A stretch of 21,779 nt of DNA from an uncultured archaeon (GTDB lineage Archaea; Asgardarchaeota; Lokiarchaeia; Sigyniarchaeales; SOKP01): NCBI GenBank assembly GCA_964388035.1, contig CAYLZE010000087.1, positions 1-21,779 on the forward strand. The letters are read 5' to 3'. How positions within the stretch are numbered: the first letter of the stretch is position 1; the number at the start of each line of letters is the position of its first letter. The position numbers and the translations under genes are program-made. Positions 20,826-21,779 of the stretch are shown one piece after another. A model generated the notes under the pieces. The model had not been told where the DNA came from, made no database searches, and was given only the letters and a program-made list of their open reading frames with translations.

Positions 20826-21779
20826 ATGAAAATGACCAAAAAAAATCTATATGAATGGAATGAGACTGCACCAAGAGAGAAACAGTTTGAAGAATACGAG
20901 ATCACATCTACTTATATCACAATGAGGGATGGTGTGAAAATAGCTGCTGATATTTACCTTCCAAAAGGACTAAAACACGGACAAAAACTACCCACCATCT
21001 TGGTACAGACATGTTACTGGAGGGATACTATTTTTAGAAAGCCTTTCAAATGGTTGAAAGAGTCCCTTATCAGGTTCAACTACAATCTTTTTTTCACTAA
21101 TTATGGGTTTGCTATGTTAAAAGTGGATGTAAGAGGTACGGGGGCATCATTTGGTATCCGACCATATCCTTGGTCCGAAGAGGAGATTGCCGATAATCAA
21201 GACATTATAGAATGGATAATAACTCAAGATTGGTCAGATGGAAACGTGATTACATGGGGGAATTCCTATCTGGGTACTACTGCCGAATTAGCAGGGATAG
21301 TACAGCATCCTCATTTGAAAGGTTTGGGACCGATGCATAATGAATTTGATCCTTTTTTAGATATAGCATTTCCAGGGGGTATATATGATGAAATGTTTAT
21401 CGAAATGTGGGCCAGAGCTACTCGAGCACTTGATTTAAATAGTTCGAAAGGATTGGGATTTTTGCCTTTTCTTTTCATGAAAGGTGTAAAATTTGTTGAT
21501 TCCGATGAGGATGGGCACCTATTAAAGAAAGCTATAGAAGAGCATAAAGCTAGTAATAATGTGGCTGAAGGTGCTCGTACAATCACATATCGAGATGATA
21601 CTTATGGAGATACTAATGCATCCTCCCAAAATTTCAGCGTTTATCGATATAAAGAGCAAATTAATCAATCAAGACTGCCCATTTTCTCTTGGGGCTCTTG
21701 GATGGATGCTGCAACTGCTAGAGTGATAATAGAACGATTTTTGAATTATAATAATCCACAGATTGGCGTGATCGGTGCA
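20826..21779 (+). CDS. CocE/NonD family alpha/beta hydrolase (peptidase S15-like), N-terminal part (runs off the right edge)
   Basis: Open frame from ATG 20826 (or 20832) to the window end: YITMRDGVKIAADIYLP, VDVRGTGASFG, QDWSDGNV, nucleophile elbow WGNSYLG, and GSWMD. Absent from the ORF track. Confidence 0.92.
   Translation, partial: MKMTKKNLYEWNETAPREKQFEEYEITSTYITMRDGVKIAADIYLPKGLKHGQKLPTILVQTCYWRDTIFRKPFKWLKESLIRFNYNLFFTNYGFAMLKVDVRGTGASFGIRPYPWSEEEIADNQDIIEWIITQDWSDGNVITWGNSYLGTTAELAGIVQHPHLKGLGPMHNEFDPFLDIAFPGGIYDEMFIEMWARATRALDLNSSKGLGFLPFLFMKGVKFVDSDEDGHLLKKAIEEHKASNNVAEGARTITYRDDTYGDTNASSQNFSVYRYKEQINQSRLPIFSWGSWMDAATARVIIERFLNYNNPQIGVIGA

Overview
AT-rich (about 30% GC by eye) prokaryotic window. 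Gene content, TATA-like promoters and T-tract terminators suggest an anaerobic archaeon, plausibly Asgard/Lokiarchaeia-like; this is inference. From left to right it holds: the end of the split glycine decarboxylase (gcvPA partial, gcvPB); a Gfo/Idh/MocA oxidoreductase; a YbaK-family deacylase; a hypothetical protein; and a dense amide/peptide-hydrolase block (Pab87-like serine hydrolase, M55 DppA, and three C45 Ntn-hydrolases, one fused to TPR-like repeats) interrupted by an EFR1 flavodoxin-ferredoxin. An 830-bp gap follows, holding a promoter-preceded, self-complementary ~150-nt candidate ncRNA and a possible gene remnant. Next is a stress-type block: DUF3795 protein, Cys-containing wHTH regulator, P3A H+-ATPase, a GC-rich and apparently recently acquired katG, and a divergent Fur/PerR. 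The window ends with an enoyl-CoA hydratase and a partial CocE/NonD hydrolase. No rRNA, tRNA, CRISPR or transposase was seen.
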